From contig CAXXKJ010000002.1 of the NCBI GenBank assembly GCA_963675295.2, forward strand, positions 352,001-416,000: a stretch of DNA of 64,000 bases. The letters run 5' to 3'. The translations under genes were made by a program, and so were the position numbers. Origin of the DNA: a bacterium (GTDB lineage: Bacteria; Electryoneota; Electryoneia; Electryoneales; Electryoneaceae). Below are positions 1 to 8,581 of this stretch, piece by piece (positions within the stretch are counted from its first letter, which is position 1; every line of letters begins with the position of its first letter). Below the pieces are notes generated by a model that did not search any database, was not told the origin of the DNA, and worked only from the letters and a program-made list of their open reading frames with translations.

Positions 1-545
1 TGATCCGGAATGAACGTGCGCAGAAGCTGTACGATTGGGCCAGCGGCACCGGCAAGTTGTTGATCGCCGGTCACACGCATAAAAGCATGTTCGGCTATCT
101 GCCGGAACACAACAGCATGATCAACCACCTCAAGCGGCTCGAGTCCAATCTTCATGTGAATCCGAACCCGTTCCAGGCCCAGGCGACCATCGAACACCTG
201 AAGAAAGCCGTTTCCAAGGGCAAACGCCGCCGTCACAGCGGTGCCGACCGGCTGCCGTGCTACTTCAACAGTGGTAGTTGTGTGCACACGAACGGCATCA
301 CCGCGATCGAAATCGACCGTGGCGAAATCCGGCTGGTGCGATGGCGTCTCGTCGAAACTTCGGCGGAGAGCGACGCGTTGGGCGATGAGGACGGCCTCTT
401 GTTCACCATCAAGCCGCGAGTGTTGCAGCGTGCGAATCTGGCGGAAGTGATCGCGCAGATCAAGCTCGGTTCGGGCCGGTCGACGGTGCAGGGTTCGGAA
501 GGCGGGAAAGAGAAGGACGCGGAAGACGTCAGCGCCGCCGCTTGA
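1..545 (+). CDS. Metallophosphoesterase-like protein, C-terminal part (runs off window start)
   Basis: Frame is open from the window edge. GHTH and YFNSGSC motifs are typical of calcineurin-like phosphoesterase C-termini. Confidence 0.6.
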   Translation, partial: IRNERAQKLYDWASGTGKLLIAGHTHKSMFGYLPEHNSMINHLKRLESNLHVNPNPFQAQATIEHLKKAVSKGKRRRHSGADRLPCYFNSGSCVHTNGITAIEIDRGEIRLVRWRLVETSAESDALGDEDGLLFTIKPRVLQRANLAEVIAQIKLGSGRSTVQGSEGGKEKDAEDVSAAA

Positions 546-694
546 CATGCCCGCGGCGTTCAACATATCCACGATGTTTTGCAACTCTCGCAATGTTTAA
601 AACACTCGGGCGCTTATAACTCTCACGGCGTTGTGAACACCCAAGTCTTATAGACACCCACGACATTCAGATCGTGGTTCATGACATCAGATTC

Positions 695-730
695 AACGGG
701 AACTCGTCACACGGCGGATTCCCGTTTTTT
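695..730 (+). terminator. Probable intrinsic terminator
   Basis: ACGGGAA...TTCCCGT stem followed by a T-run, downstream of the first CDS. Confidence 0.55.
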
Positions 731-820
731 CTAGTCCTGGCAACAAATTAAATAGGGACAGACCCATATAAAATGAGTGAATTTTCACAAGAAATAGACG
801 GCGGTACTCAGTTTCGGACC

Positions 821-1007
821 GCTGTCCCATTGAGCGATTTGTGAATCGGCTACAGGTGTTGTGGCTGTTGGGTTTGAGGGGTGATGATTCTGAAATCGAT
901 TTGAACCGACGTAACTACACAGCTGTCCCAATGAGCGAGTTGTAGATCGGCTGCAGGCATTGTGGTTGTTAGGTTTGAGGGGTGTTGATTCTGAAATCGA
1001 TTTGAAC
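821..1007. repeat. Tandem direct repeat, 2 x ~86 bp, 101-bp period
   Basis: GCTGTCCCA(T/A)TGAGCGA...GGTTTGAGGGGTG.TGATTCTGAAATCGATTTGAAC at 821-906 and 922-1007. Confidence 0.85.
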
Positions 1008-1078
1008 TGGGAGAGTGTCTGTTAAACCCGTCGGCTCCGACGGTAAAAGTGCTGGTCAAGCTACGCGCGACTGAAATC

Positions 1079-1112
1079 GTGCCCCTGATGGCTCCGCCAG
1101 CAGGGCTTATCC
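1079..1112 (+). repeat. REP-like hairpin, family A (GTGCCCCTGATGGCTCCGCCAGCAGGGCTTATCC)
   Basis: Near-identical copies at 22480, 26723, 35517, 42521, 53652, 59602 and 60634. Confidence 0.9.
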
Positions 1113-1114
1113 AT

Positions 1115-2164
1115 CTAGTCCAGTGATCCACTCTTCGCCAACCGCGCCGCATCCCGTTCCGCCTTGGCGATCGCGAAGCTGGAGATCCCCATCGCCACCA
1201 GGATCAGCGCGGCGCCGAACAGTGACCGTGCAGACCACGGATCCCCGATCAGCATCCACGCGAACAGTGACGCGAACACCGGTTCCAGCGAGAACACGAA
1301 TCCGGCGTGCGCAGCCGGAACGTCGGGTTGAAACCGCGTTTGCAGCCACACCGCGATCACCGACCCGAAAATCGCCGTATAGGCCACCCCAATCCAGCCG
1401 GTGCGTGTCATTTCGAACGGTTGTCCATGAACCAGGGTCCACACAATCGCCAGCACCGCCACAGCGCCCACCTGCGCCAGGGTCAACGCTCGCGATTCCT
1501 TGTCCGAACGCGACAGCGCTTCCAGGATCACCATCTGCAACGCGAAAACCAGTGCGCAGCCCAGCGTCAGCCAGTCACCGATGTTCATCCCGCCGGTGTC
1601 CGGATCGGCGATCAACGTAATCCCGGCGGCGGCGGGGAGCAGGGCGAACCACGCGGTTCGGGGTGTGTGGCTGGTCCGCAGCAGCAACGCCAGCGGTGGT
1701 GTCAGCACCACCAGCAGTCCGGTGAAGAACCCGGACCGTGATGCGGTCGTGTGTTCCAGCCCCAGCACCTGCAACGCGAACCCGGCGAACAGCAGCCCGC
1801 CGATCAGCGCACCGCGTACCCAGATACTGCGCAGGATACCGTTCCGCAGCTTGACCCACACCGGCGACATGCCGGCTTCGGTCATCGCGGCGTAGCTGTC
1901 ATCATCGTCACCGGCTTTGGGCCGGATGTGTCCACGAAACCGCAGCAGCAGGAACAGGTAGAGGAGGGGAAACGCCGTCCCGAAGCGGAGGGCGACAAAC
2001 TGGATCGGATCGGTGTCCACAACCGACAGCTTAGTGACCGGAAAGGTGAGCCCCCAGATCGCGGTCAGCACGATCAGCATCACGGTGGCACGAAGACGAC
2101 GGCCCCGGTGTGGATCGTGCACCGGGGCCGGAAAATCGCGCGTCTCTGAACCGGTCAGGCCCAT
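1115..2164 (-). CDS. DMT/EamA family transporter
   Basis: About 10 hydrophobic helices; IWGLTFPVTK, ALRF and LEPVFA motifs; two EamA repeats. Confidence 0.85.
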   Translation of the reverse strand: MGLTGSETRDFPAPVHDPHRGRRLRATVMLIVLTAIWGLTFPVTKLSVVDTDPIQFVALRFGTAFPLLYLFLLLRFRGHIRPKAGDDDDSYAAMTEAGMSPVWVKLRNGILRSIWVRGALIGGLLFAGFALQVLGLEHTTASRSGFFTGLLVVLTPPLALLLRTSHTPRTAWFALLPAAAGITLIADPDTGGMNIGDWLTLGCALVFALQMVILEALSRSDKESRALTLAQVGAVAVLAIVWTLVHGQPFEMTRTGWIGVAYTAIFGSVIAVWLQTRFQPDVPAAHAGFVFSLEPVFASLFAWMLIGDPWSARSLFGAALILVAMGISSFAIAKAERDAARLAKSGSLD

Positions 2165-3678
2165 CGTTGCAGCGCCTCAAGCAGCAGCCGGACCGCAACG
2201 CCGGTCCCGAGTTCCTTGTGCGGTGTGTAGCTGAACGGTCCGTCGGTCGCCGTTCCCGCGATGTCGAGGTGCGTCCACGGTGTGTCGCCCACAAACTCCT
2301 CGAGGAACTTGCCCGCGGTGATCGTGCCGGCGGGACGGCCGCCCGTATTCTTCAGGTCGGCGATCTCGCTTTTGATCTGCTGGCGGTAATCGTTGTACAT
2401 CGGCAGCCGCCAGATGCGTTCACCGGTCGCTTCACCCGCCTCGAACAGCAGGTTATACAGGTCGTCGTTGTTGCTCATCGCGCCGGTGACCCAGTGGCCG
2501 AGGCCGATAACCACCGCACCGGTCAACGTCGCCAGGTCAACCATCGCGTCCGGCTTGACCTTGTCCACGGCGTACGCCAGCGCATCCGCCAACGCCAGCC
2601 GCCCTTCCGCGTCGGTGTTGTCGATCTCGATGGTTTTCTTGTTGTACGCGGTCAGCACGTCGCCCGGATGATACGCCGCGCCGTCGGTCATATTCTCGAC
2701 CGCCGGGATGAACCCGTGCACACGGCACTTCGGCTGCAGCCGGTCGAGCGCCTTGAAAACGCCCATCACCGTCGCCGAACCACCCATGTCGACCTTCATG
2801 TCGCGCATGCCGCCAGCGGTCTTGATGTCAAGGCCGCCGGAATCGAACGTTACGCCTTTGCCGACAATCGCGAACGTTTTGGTCTTCTTCGACGGGCGCT
2901 TCGGTTCGTATGTCAGATGAATCAGCACCGGCGGGTGCGCACTGCCCTGGCCGACGGCCAGCAACGCGCCCATCTTCAACGCCTTCAGCTTCTTCTGGTC
3001 GAGGACTTCCACCTTGACCGTGCCACCGGCGAGCTCTTTCGCAACCTTGCCGTAATCTTCCGGGTACAGGTCGCCGGCCGGTGTCGTCACCAGGTCGCGC
3101 GCATAGGTCACCGCGTCAATCGTGATTGACGCATACTTCGCGGCGGCGTTCAGCACTTTCTTGTCGATGTTGCCGCCGCCGATGACGTGCAGACTGTCCA
3201 GCGTCGGGTAACGGTCAAGGTCCATCGAGCGGCGCACATACCGGTAGGTCGCCAGCGCGGTGCCTTCCAAGGCGGCAATGGTGTGCTGTTTCTGTGTATC
3301 AGCATCGAAACCGGTGACCGGCGGCAGCACAGTGATTTCGTTCAGCCGTGCATTCCGCACACGCCTGCCCGCCGTGCCAAAGCAACGCCGTACGTGTTCC
3401 GCGACGATGGTTTCCCGCTTGCCGAGGCCGACGATCATCATGAATCGCGGACCGTCCGAGGTGCCACCATACAGTTCCAGCACCTGGTTCTTCTTGCCAG
3501 AGAAATCACCGCTGGCGATCGCGCGTTCAATGCGGTTTGCGAGGGACGCGTCCAGCCGGCCGAGTCCACCCTCGGAGGGCTTTTCTCCCTCGAAAAGACC
3601 AGCGATGAATACCTGTGTTGTTACTTCCTGTGGCGAGCGATCCTCTACGTGGATAGTCACGGGAAATTCCTTCTTCAA
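2155..3678 (-). CDS. pepA: Leucyl aminopeptidase (M17)
   Basis: VGKGVTFDSGG, MKVDMGG and NTDAEGRL signature motifs. Confidence 0.95.
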   Translation of the reverse strand: MKKEFPVTIHVEDRSPQEVTTQVFIAGLFEGEKPSEGGLGRLDASLANRIERAIASGDFSGKKNQVLELYGGTSDGPRFMMIVGLGKRETIVAEHVRRCFGTAGRRVRNARLNEITVLPPVTGFDADTQKQHTIAALEGTALATYRYVRRSMDLDRYPTLDSLHVIGGGNIDKKVLNAAAKYASITIDAVTYARDLVTTPAGDLYPEDYGKVAKELAGGTVKVEVLDQKKLKALKMGALLAVGQGSAHPPVLIHLTYEPKRPSKKTKTFAIVGKGVTFDSGGLDIKTAGGMRDMKVDMGGSATVMGVFKALDRLQPKCRVHGFIPAVENMTDGAAYHPGDVLTAYNKKTIEIDNTDAEGRLALADALAYAVDKVKPDAMVDLATLTGAVVIGLGHWVTGAMSNNDDLYNLLFEAGEATGERIWRLPMYNDYRQQIKSEIADLKNTGGRPAGTITAGKFLEEFVGDTPWTHLDIAGTATDGPFSYTPHKELGTGVAVRLLLEALQRWA

Positions 3679-4037
3679 TCCTTGGCGGCAGTTTTAGGCC
3701 GGTTGTTATCGTCCAGGACCACGACAACCGGTTCGTGACCCTCAATCTCTTCAGGGAACAGGTCGCAATATGTGGCAACGATGACCTGGTCTCCGACCGA
3801 CGCAAGGTGCGCGGCGGCACCGTTCACGCCGATGATGCCCGATCCTGGTTCGCCTACGATGATGTACGTCGTAAACCGTTGACCGTTGGTGATATTGTAA
3901 ACATCAACCTGCTCGTTCGGCAACATGTCCGTAAGTTCCAGCAGATTGCGGTCTACGGTAAGGCTGCCCTTGTAGTGCAGGTCGGTTTGCGTGACACGAG
4001 CCTGGTGCAGTTTGGCTTTGAGGAAACGACGGAGCAT
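3675..4037 (-). CDS. panD: Aspartate 1-decarboxylase
   Basis: MLRRFLKAKLHQARVT...YKGS (GS self-cleavage site), NGQRFTTY, NGAAA. Start moved to the ATG at 4037. Confidence 0.95.
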   Translation of the reverse strand: MLRRFLKAKLHQARVTQTDLHYKGSLTVDRNLLELTDMLPNEQVDVYNITNGQRFTTYIIVGEPGSGIIGVNGAAAHLASVGDQVIVATYCDLFPEEIEGHEPVVVVLDDNNRPKTAAKD

Positions 4038-4185
4038 GCTGGCCTTCTCTGTAAAACGGCTAAACGAATCCAATGTAGCCGCGAATCGTCAAAGCTAGGA
4101 GTTTGGCGGGGGGTCTACAAGGGTGAAAGGAGACGGTTTCTTCGAGCTGAATTTCTTTGGATCTTTTAGTTATTTCACTAGTTGT

Positions 4186-6417
4186 CTAGAAAAAGTAACC
4201 GACATTCACAGCAAACAGAAAAGAATCGCCACTGCTGGTTGCGGCAAGGATTTCAACCGGGCCAACCGGTGTCGGCGCACCGGCGAACAGGCCAACGCCC
4301 CAATCGTACCGATCCCACTCCAGCGTTGTGTTCCAATCGTTCAGGAACGTGTTGCCGAGATCAAATCGCGCGGTCAGAAAACGATTGGTCCACGGTTCCA
4401 CCATCACGCCGGCCTCCACAATCTGCATGTGTTTGCCGATCAGGTACTCGTGGGGCATGCCGAAAAATTGCCAGTAGCTCATCTCGGTATCATACCGCGG
4501 CAACGGCAGGTCACGCTGCGAAAACCGGAAGAAGCCACGCCGGATCAACGTGATCCGCTCATGAATCGCTGTTCGCCAATCGAAGCTCGCCGAATAAACG
4601 CTGAAATAGCTGTCCCAGTGTACTGGGTGGTTGGCGTATTCTGCTTCGGCTTTCAGGCGTAGCCCCTGCTTGGCGAAATAGCTGTCGTCAAACGTGTCGA
4701 TCTGAACCTGCCCGTACGCCGACCCATACACAAGACTCCTGTCCAGCGATCCCGGCCTGTCGAATTTGTCCTTGTAAAACAGCTGGTCGAACCGTACACC
4801 GGCGCCAACCACTGCCATCGTCGAGAACAATGATCCGAAGAACATATCGCCGCGCACGATGCTCGCCTCAACCGTCGTCGCCTGACCCAGAATGGATGGT
4901 GGCAGCGCCTGTTCATCGCGGGAATACAGGCCGGAGACCCGGAAACCGAGCCGGCTGTTCAGGTTCATGTGGCCGAAATAGGACGCCGTGACCGAACTCT
5001 CAGTCCCCAGCCTTACATCCAATGTCAGCATCGTCGCGTTCAGCAACGGATTCCGCAGCGTCACATTCGTCAGCAACGCCGATTCTTCCGCCGTATCGTA
5101 CCGGAAACCGAACCGCAGCAAGTTGACATCCTTTTCCGTCACAAACAGCTGCAACACGCTGCTGTTCCCGTGCGGCTGAAGTTCGTAGGTCACCTGCTCG
5201 AAAAATCGCGTGCTGTACACCCTTTCCACCGCTTCGTGCAATTCCGCCAGCGCCACCCAGCCGGGAACCTGCAGGTCCGCTTCGTCCAGTACGAACGCGC
5301 GTGTCACATCCTTAAGTCCCAGCACCGACACGCTCTCAACGTACACCGAATCCGGCGCCACCGGGCGCGGTGGAATGTCGCGTCCCGACCGGCTGTACAG
5401 CGAATCGGCAACTGCACGCAACCGTGGCAGATAAGCCCGCGCCTGCTCCTCCCCGGTCGCGATCAACTCGGCGGCGGCAAGGAAATCCGCGGAGGTGTAG
5501 CCGGTCAGATCCGGACGGATAACAAGGTTTGCAAGACCAACCTGCAGTTTGTTTTCGTCCTGCATCCCGATCGCGATCGACTGGTCGAGGATCGTCAGCA
5601 CGTTGTTCAGTTGGTTCGCTTCCTTCAACGGGTTGCCGACGTCCACAGCGATCACGTAATCCGCGCCCAGATCCCAACAATCCTGCACCGGCAGGTTGCG
5701 CGCCAGCATGCCATCCACCAGCAGGGTGGAATCCAGCTGAACCGGTGTGAACACGCTCGGAATCGCCATGCTCGCCCGCAACGCCCGCGACAGGCTGCCG
5801 CCACGCAGCACCACCGCCTGCCCCGTTTCGAGGTCGGTCGCAACACAAGCGAATTTGCGGTACAGATCATTGAACGACGCAGTCCCATGAACGGAAAGCG
5901 TCAGGCTGTCCAGCAGGCTCGAGATCCGTTGCCCCGCGACCAGCCCGGAGGGCAGCCCGATGCCCTCGGCACGTAACGGCAGGCTGAACACATAGCGGTC
6001 GAAGAAGGATTTCTGCACCATCGAGACATGCCGGCGGGACGGGCGGTCGTTAAACATCCGCATCCAGTCCGTCGACAATGCCATTTGTTCCAGTTCGTCG
6101 GCTGTGTAGCCAATCGCATACAGTCCACCGAGCACCGCGCCCATGCTGGTGCCGGTGATAATGTCCGCGTGAATCCCGGCTTCCTCGATCACCTTCAACA
6201 CACCGATCTCGGCGAACCCACGTGCTCCTCCGCCAGACAGCACCACGCCTACTTTCGGCAACTCCGGCCCCATCGGATCGCCGCTGAGGTACGATACCCG
6301 CGCGCTGCCGCAGGAGGAGTCCGCCTCCTGTGCGTAAACAAGGGTTACAGCTGGAACGATGAAGGCGGCCAGGAATAGCCAGACGGCGAGGGTGATGACG
6401 TGCTGTTGCGAGCGCAT
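4186..6417 (-). CDS. Patatin-like phospholipase with POTRA and Omp85-type barrel (PlpD-like)
   Basis: Signal peptide; SGGGARG, GTSMG and DG motifs; POTRA-like mid region; beta-rich C-terminus ending VNVGYFF. Confidence 0.88.
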   Translation of the reverse strand: MRSQQHVITLAVWLFLAAFIVPAVTLVYAQEADSSCGSARVSYLSGDPMGPELPKVGVVLSGGGARGFAEIGVLKVIEEAGIHADIITGTSMGAVLGGLYAIGYTADELEQMALSTDWMRMFNDRPSRRHVSMVQKSFFDRYVFSLPLRAEGIGLPSGLVAGQRISSLLDSLTLSVHGTASFNDLYRKFACVATDLETGQAVVLRGGSLSRALRASMAIPSVFTPVQLDSTLLVDGMLARNLPVQDCWDLGADYVIAVDVGNPLKEANQLNNVLTILDQSIAIGMQDENKLQVGLANLVIRPDLTGYTSADFLAAAELIATGEEQARAYLPRLRAVADSLYSRSGRDIPPRPVAPDSVYVESVSVLGLKDVTRAFVLDEADLQVPGWVALAELHEAVERVYSTRFFEQVTYELQPHGNSSVLQLFVTEKDVNLLRFGFRYDTAEESALLTNVTLRNPLLNATMLTLDVRLGTESSVTASYFGHMNLNSRLGFRVSGLYSRDEQALPPSILGQATTVEASIVRGDMFFGSLFSTMAVVGAGVRFDQLFYKDKFDRPGSLDRSLVYGSAYGQVQIDTFDDSYFAKQGLRLKAEAEYANHPVHWDSYFSVYSASFDWRTAIHERITLIRRGFFRFSQRDLPLPRYDTEMSYWQFFGMPHEYLIGKHMQIVEAGVMVEPWTNRFLTARFDLGNTFLNDWNTTLEWDRYDWGVGLFAGAPTPVGPVEILAATSSGDSFLFAVNVGYFF

Positions 6418-6602
6418 GGTATCCGTCAGCGTGGTTCGACAGTAGCCGGGGTGCGTCTGGTATCGAAAGGTACAGGAAAAGCGTCATCCAGTGCTTGCTG
6501 AAATCCTGACTTGTTCCGCTTGAGTATACTTCTCTCTCCGGTTAACCATCATGGGAAACACTCCACCTAATCCAAGAATAAACAACATACTTAACCATAA
6601 AC

Positions 6603-6632
6603 AAAACCCCCGACACAACCGTGCCGGGGGGG
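6603..6632 (-). terminator. Intrinsic terminator of glyQS
   Basis: On the minus strand, CCCCCGGCACGGTTGTGTCGGGGG-TTTT just after the stop codon. Confidence 0.6.
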
Positions 6633-6659
6633 ATATTTTCGAGTCCATAGTGCAACCCA

Positions 6660-8078
6660 TCACCCACGCAACCGCGCGCTCAACACGTTCGCCACCTGGT
6701 CCAGTTTCGGACGTTCCGGCTGATCCAGCGTATCGCGGTCACGAATAGTCACCGTCTGATCTTCCAGCGTCTGGTGGTCGATGGTAATGCAGAACGGTGT
6801 CCCCGCCTCATCCTGCCGCCGGTAGCGTCGTCCGATGTTCCCGGCTTCGTCGTAGAACACGTCGAAGTCTAGCTTCAGATCCTCGTGTAGCTTCCGCGCG
6901 ATCTCCGGTAACCCGTCTTTCTTCGTCAACGGGAAGATCCCGGCTGTGATTGGCGCCAGTTTCGGATCGAGCCGCATCACGACACGGTCGTTCCCGTCCA
7001 CATCGTCTTCGTCGTATGCATCCAGCAGGATCGCGAGCAGGCCACGGTTCAGTCCGGCGGACGTTTCCACGATATACGGCAGGTACCGTTCGCGGGTCTG
7101 ATCGTCAAAGTATTCGAGGTCTTTCTGCTTGCCGGAATGTTCGGCGTGCCGCTTCAGGTCGTAATCGGTGCGGCTGTGAATGCCCTCGAACTCGTCCCAC
7201 CCGAACGGGAAATTGTACTCGATGTCGTACGCGTCGGACGCATAGTGCGCGAGCTCGTCCCCGGTGTGCTGATGGAATCGCAGATTCTCTTCCTTGATCC
7301 CGCAGACATCCCGCCAGAACGCCATCCGCTCGGTCTTCCAGAAATCCATCGTTTCGTTTTCCGTGCCCGGCGGGATGAAGTATTGCATCTCCATCTGTTC
7401 AAACTCACGGGTGCGGAAGATGAAATTACCCGGCGTGATTTCGTTACGGAAGGCTTTCCCGATCTGCGCGATCCCGAACGGCGGCTTCAGCCGTGCGGTG
7501 GTCTGCACCTGCGGGTAGTCCACGTAGATTCCCTGCGCGGTTTCCGGGCGCAGATACACCGCATCGCCCGAATCTTCCACCGGCCCGATGTGCGTCTTGA
7601 ACATCAGGTTGAACGAACGCGGGGGAGTGAGCGAACCTTTCGTGCCGCAGTTCGGGCACGGAATCAGCGCATACGACGGATGGTCGGCGTCCAGGTGCTG
7701 ATCGTTCTCTTTCAGCGGCTTTTCGTCAATGCCCTTGATCCCCGCGACGACACGGTCGACCAGTTCATCTTCCCGGAAGCGTGCCTTGCACTGCTTGCAG
7801 TCGACCAGCGGATCGGTGAAGCCGTCAACGTGACCGGAGGCGACCCACGTTTTCGGGTGATAGATGATCGCGGAGTCGATGCCGACGATGTTTTCGTGCT
7901 TCCGCACCATCTCCCGCCACCACAGGTCGGCGAGTTTGCGTTTCATTTCGATGCCGAGCGGGCCGTAATCGTAGCTCGAGCCGATGCCGCCGTAGATTTC
8001 GCTGGTCGGCATGACAAAGCCGCGCCGTTTCGCGAGCGCGGTGATCAGATCCATTTTGTTTTTTGGCTTCGCAGCCAT
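6660..8078 (-). CDS. glyQS: Glycine--tRNA ligase (alpha2, eukaryote-like type)
   Basis: YDYGPLG, YLRPETAQG, FRNEITPGNFIFRTREFEQME; anticodon-binding domain IGRRYRRQDEAGTP. Confidence 0.97.
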   Translation of the reverse strand: MAAKPKNKMDLITALAKRRGFVMPTSEIYGGIGSSYDYGPLGIEMKRKLADLWWREMVRKHENIVGIDSAIIYHPKTWVASGHVDGFTDPLVDCKQCKARFREDELVDRVVAGIKGIDEKPLKENDQHLDADHPSYALIPCPNCGTKGSLTPPRSFNLMFKTHIGPVEDSGDAVYLRPETAQGIYVDYPQVQTTARLKPPFGIAQIGKAFRNEITPGNFIFRTREFEQMEMQYFIPPGTENETMDFWKTERMAFWRDVCGIKEENLRFHQHTGDELAHYASDAYDIEYNFPFGWDEFEGIHSRTDYDLKRHAEHSGKQKDLEYFDDQTRERYLPYIVETSAGLNRGLLAILLDAYDEDDVDGNDRVVMRLDPKLAPITAGIFPLTKKDGLPEIARKLHEDLKLDFDVFYDEAGNIGRRYRRQDEAGTPFCITIDHQTLEDQTVTIRDRDTLDQPERPKLDQVANVLSARLRG

Positions 8079-8149
8079 GGGTATCCTCCGGGGATGATGT
8101 CGCTGTCGGAGCGGGAATATAGGTGAACATCAGGGTGGGTAAAAGATGT

Positions 8150-8566
8150 TTGCCCCGACGAGCTTGCTCGTCGGGATGAGGCAACAGGTGATACACCCCA
8201 TCAGTCATCCTGAGCGCAGCGAAGGATCTCTCTTTTAGGAGGGGTGGTGTGGCCCGACTTGCCACGTTAAATCGTGTATCACGAGGTCACGCCCACGACA
8301 TTCATGTCGTAGCTTATCAGGGGGTAATTTGCTAGCTCTTGCCCGTGATGGTATCGACCGGTGGTAGAACGATGCCCACAGAAGCTTCGCTACCGTGGAT
8401 TGTGCGGAAGCAAATCATTCTTGCCCGTGTTGGCTTTGACAACGCGGGTAATCCGTGGCTGATTCACCCTTGGTTGTGGTTTGTTTCATGCCCCAGACAT
8501 TCATGTCTGGGCTCATCCACGCTTGGCCAGCAAGATCTTGCATTTTTTATCGCAGCCCGCAGCTGG
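8150..8566 (+). repeat. Cluster of REP-like hairpins (6 TGCCC-type units plus one GTCATCCTGAGCGCAGCGAAGGATCT element)
   Basis: Units at 8150, 8289, 8339, 8372, 8421 and 8488; GTCATCCTGAGCG element at 8204. Confidence 0.85.
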
Positions 8567-8581
8567 CTACCGATCACGCGG

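Noticed and set aside
8079-8300. T-box or riboswitch upstream of glyQS
   Set aside because: The hairpins here belong to the dispersed repeat families, and no T-box consensus was seen.
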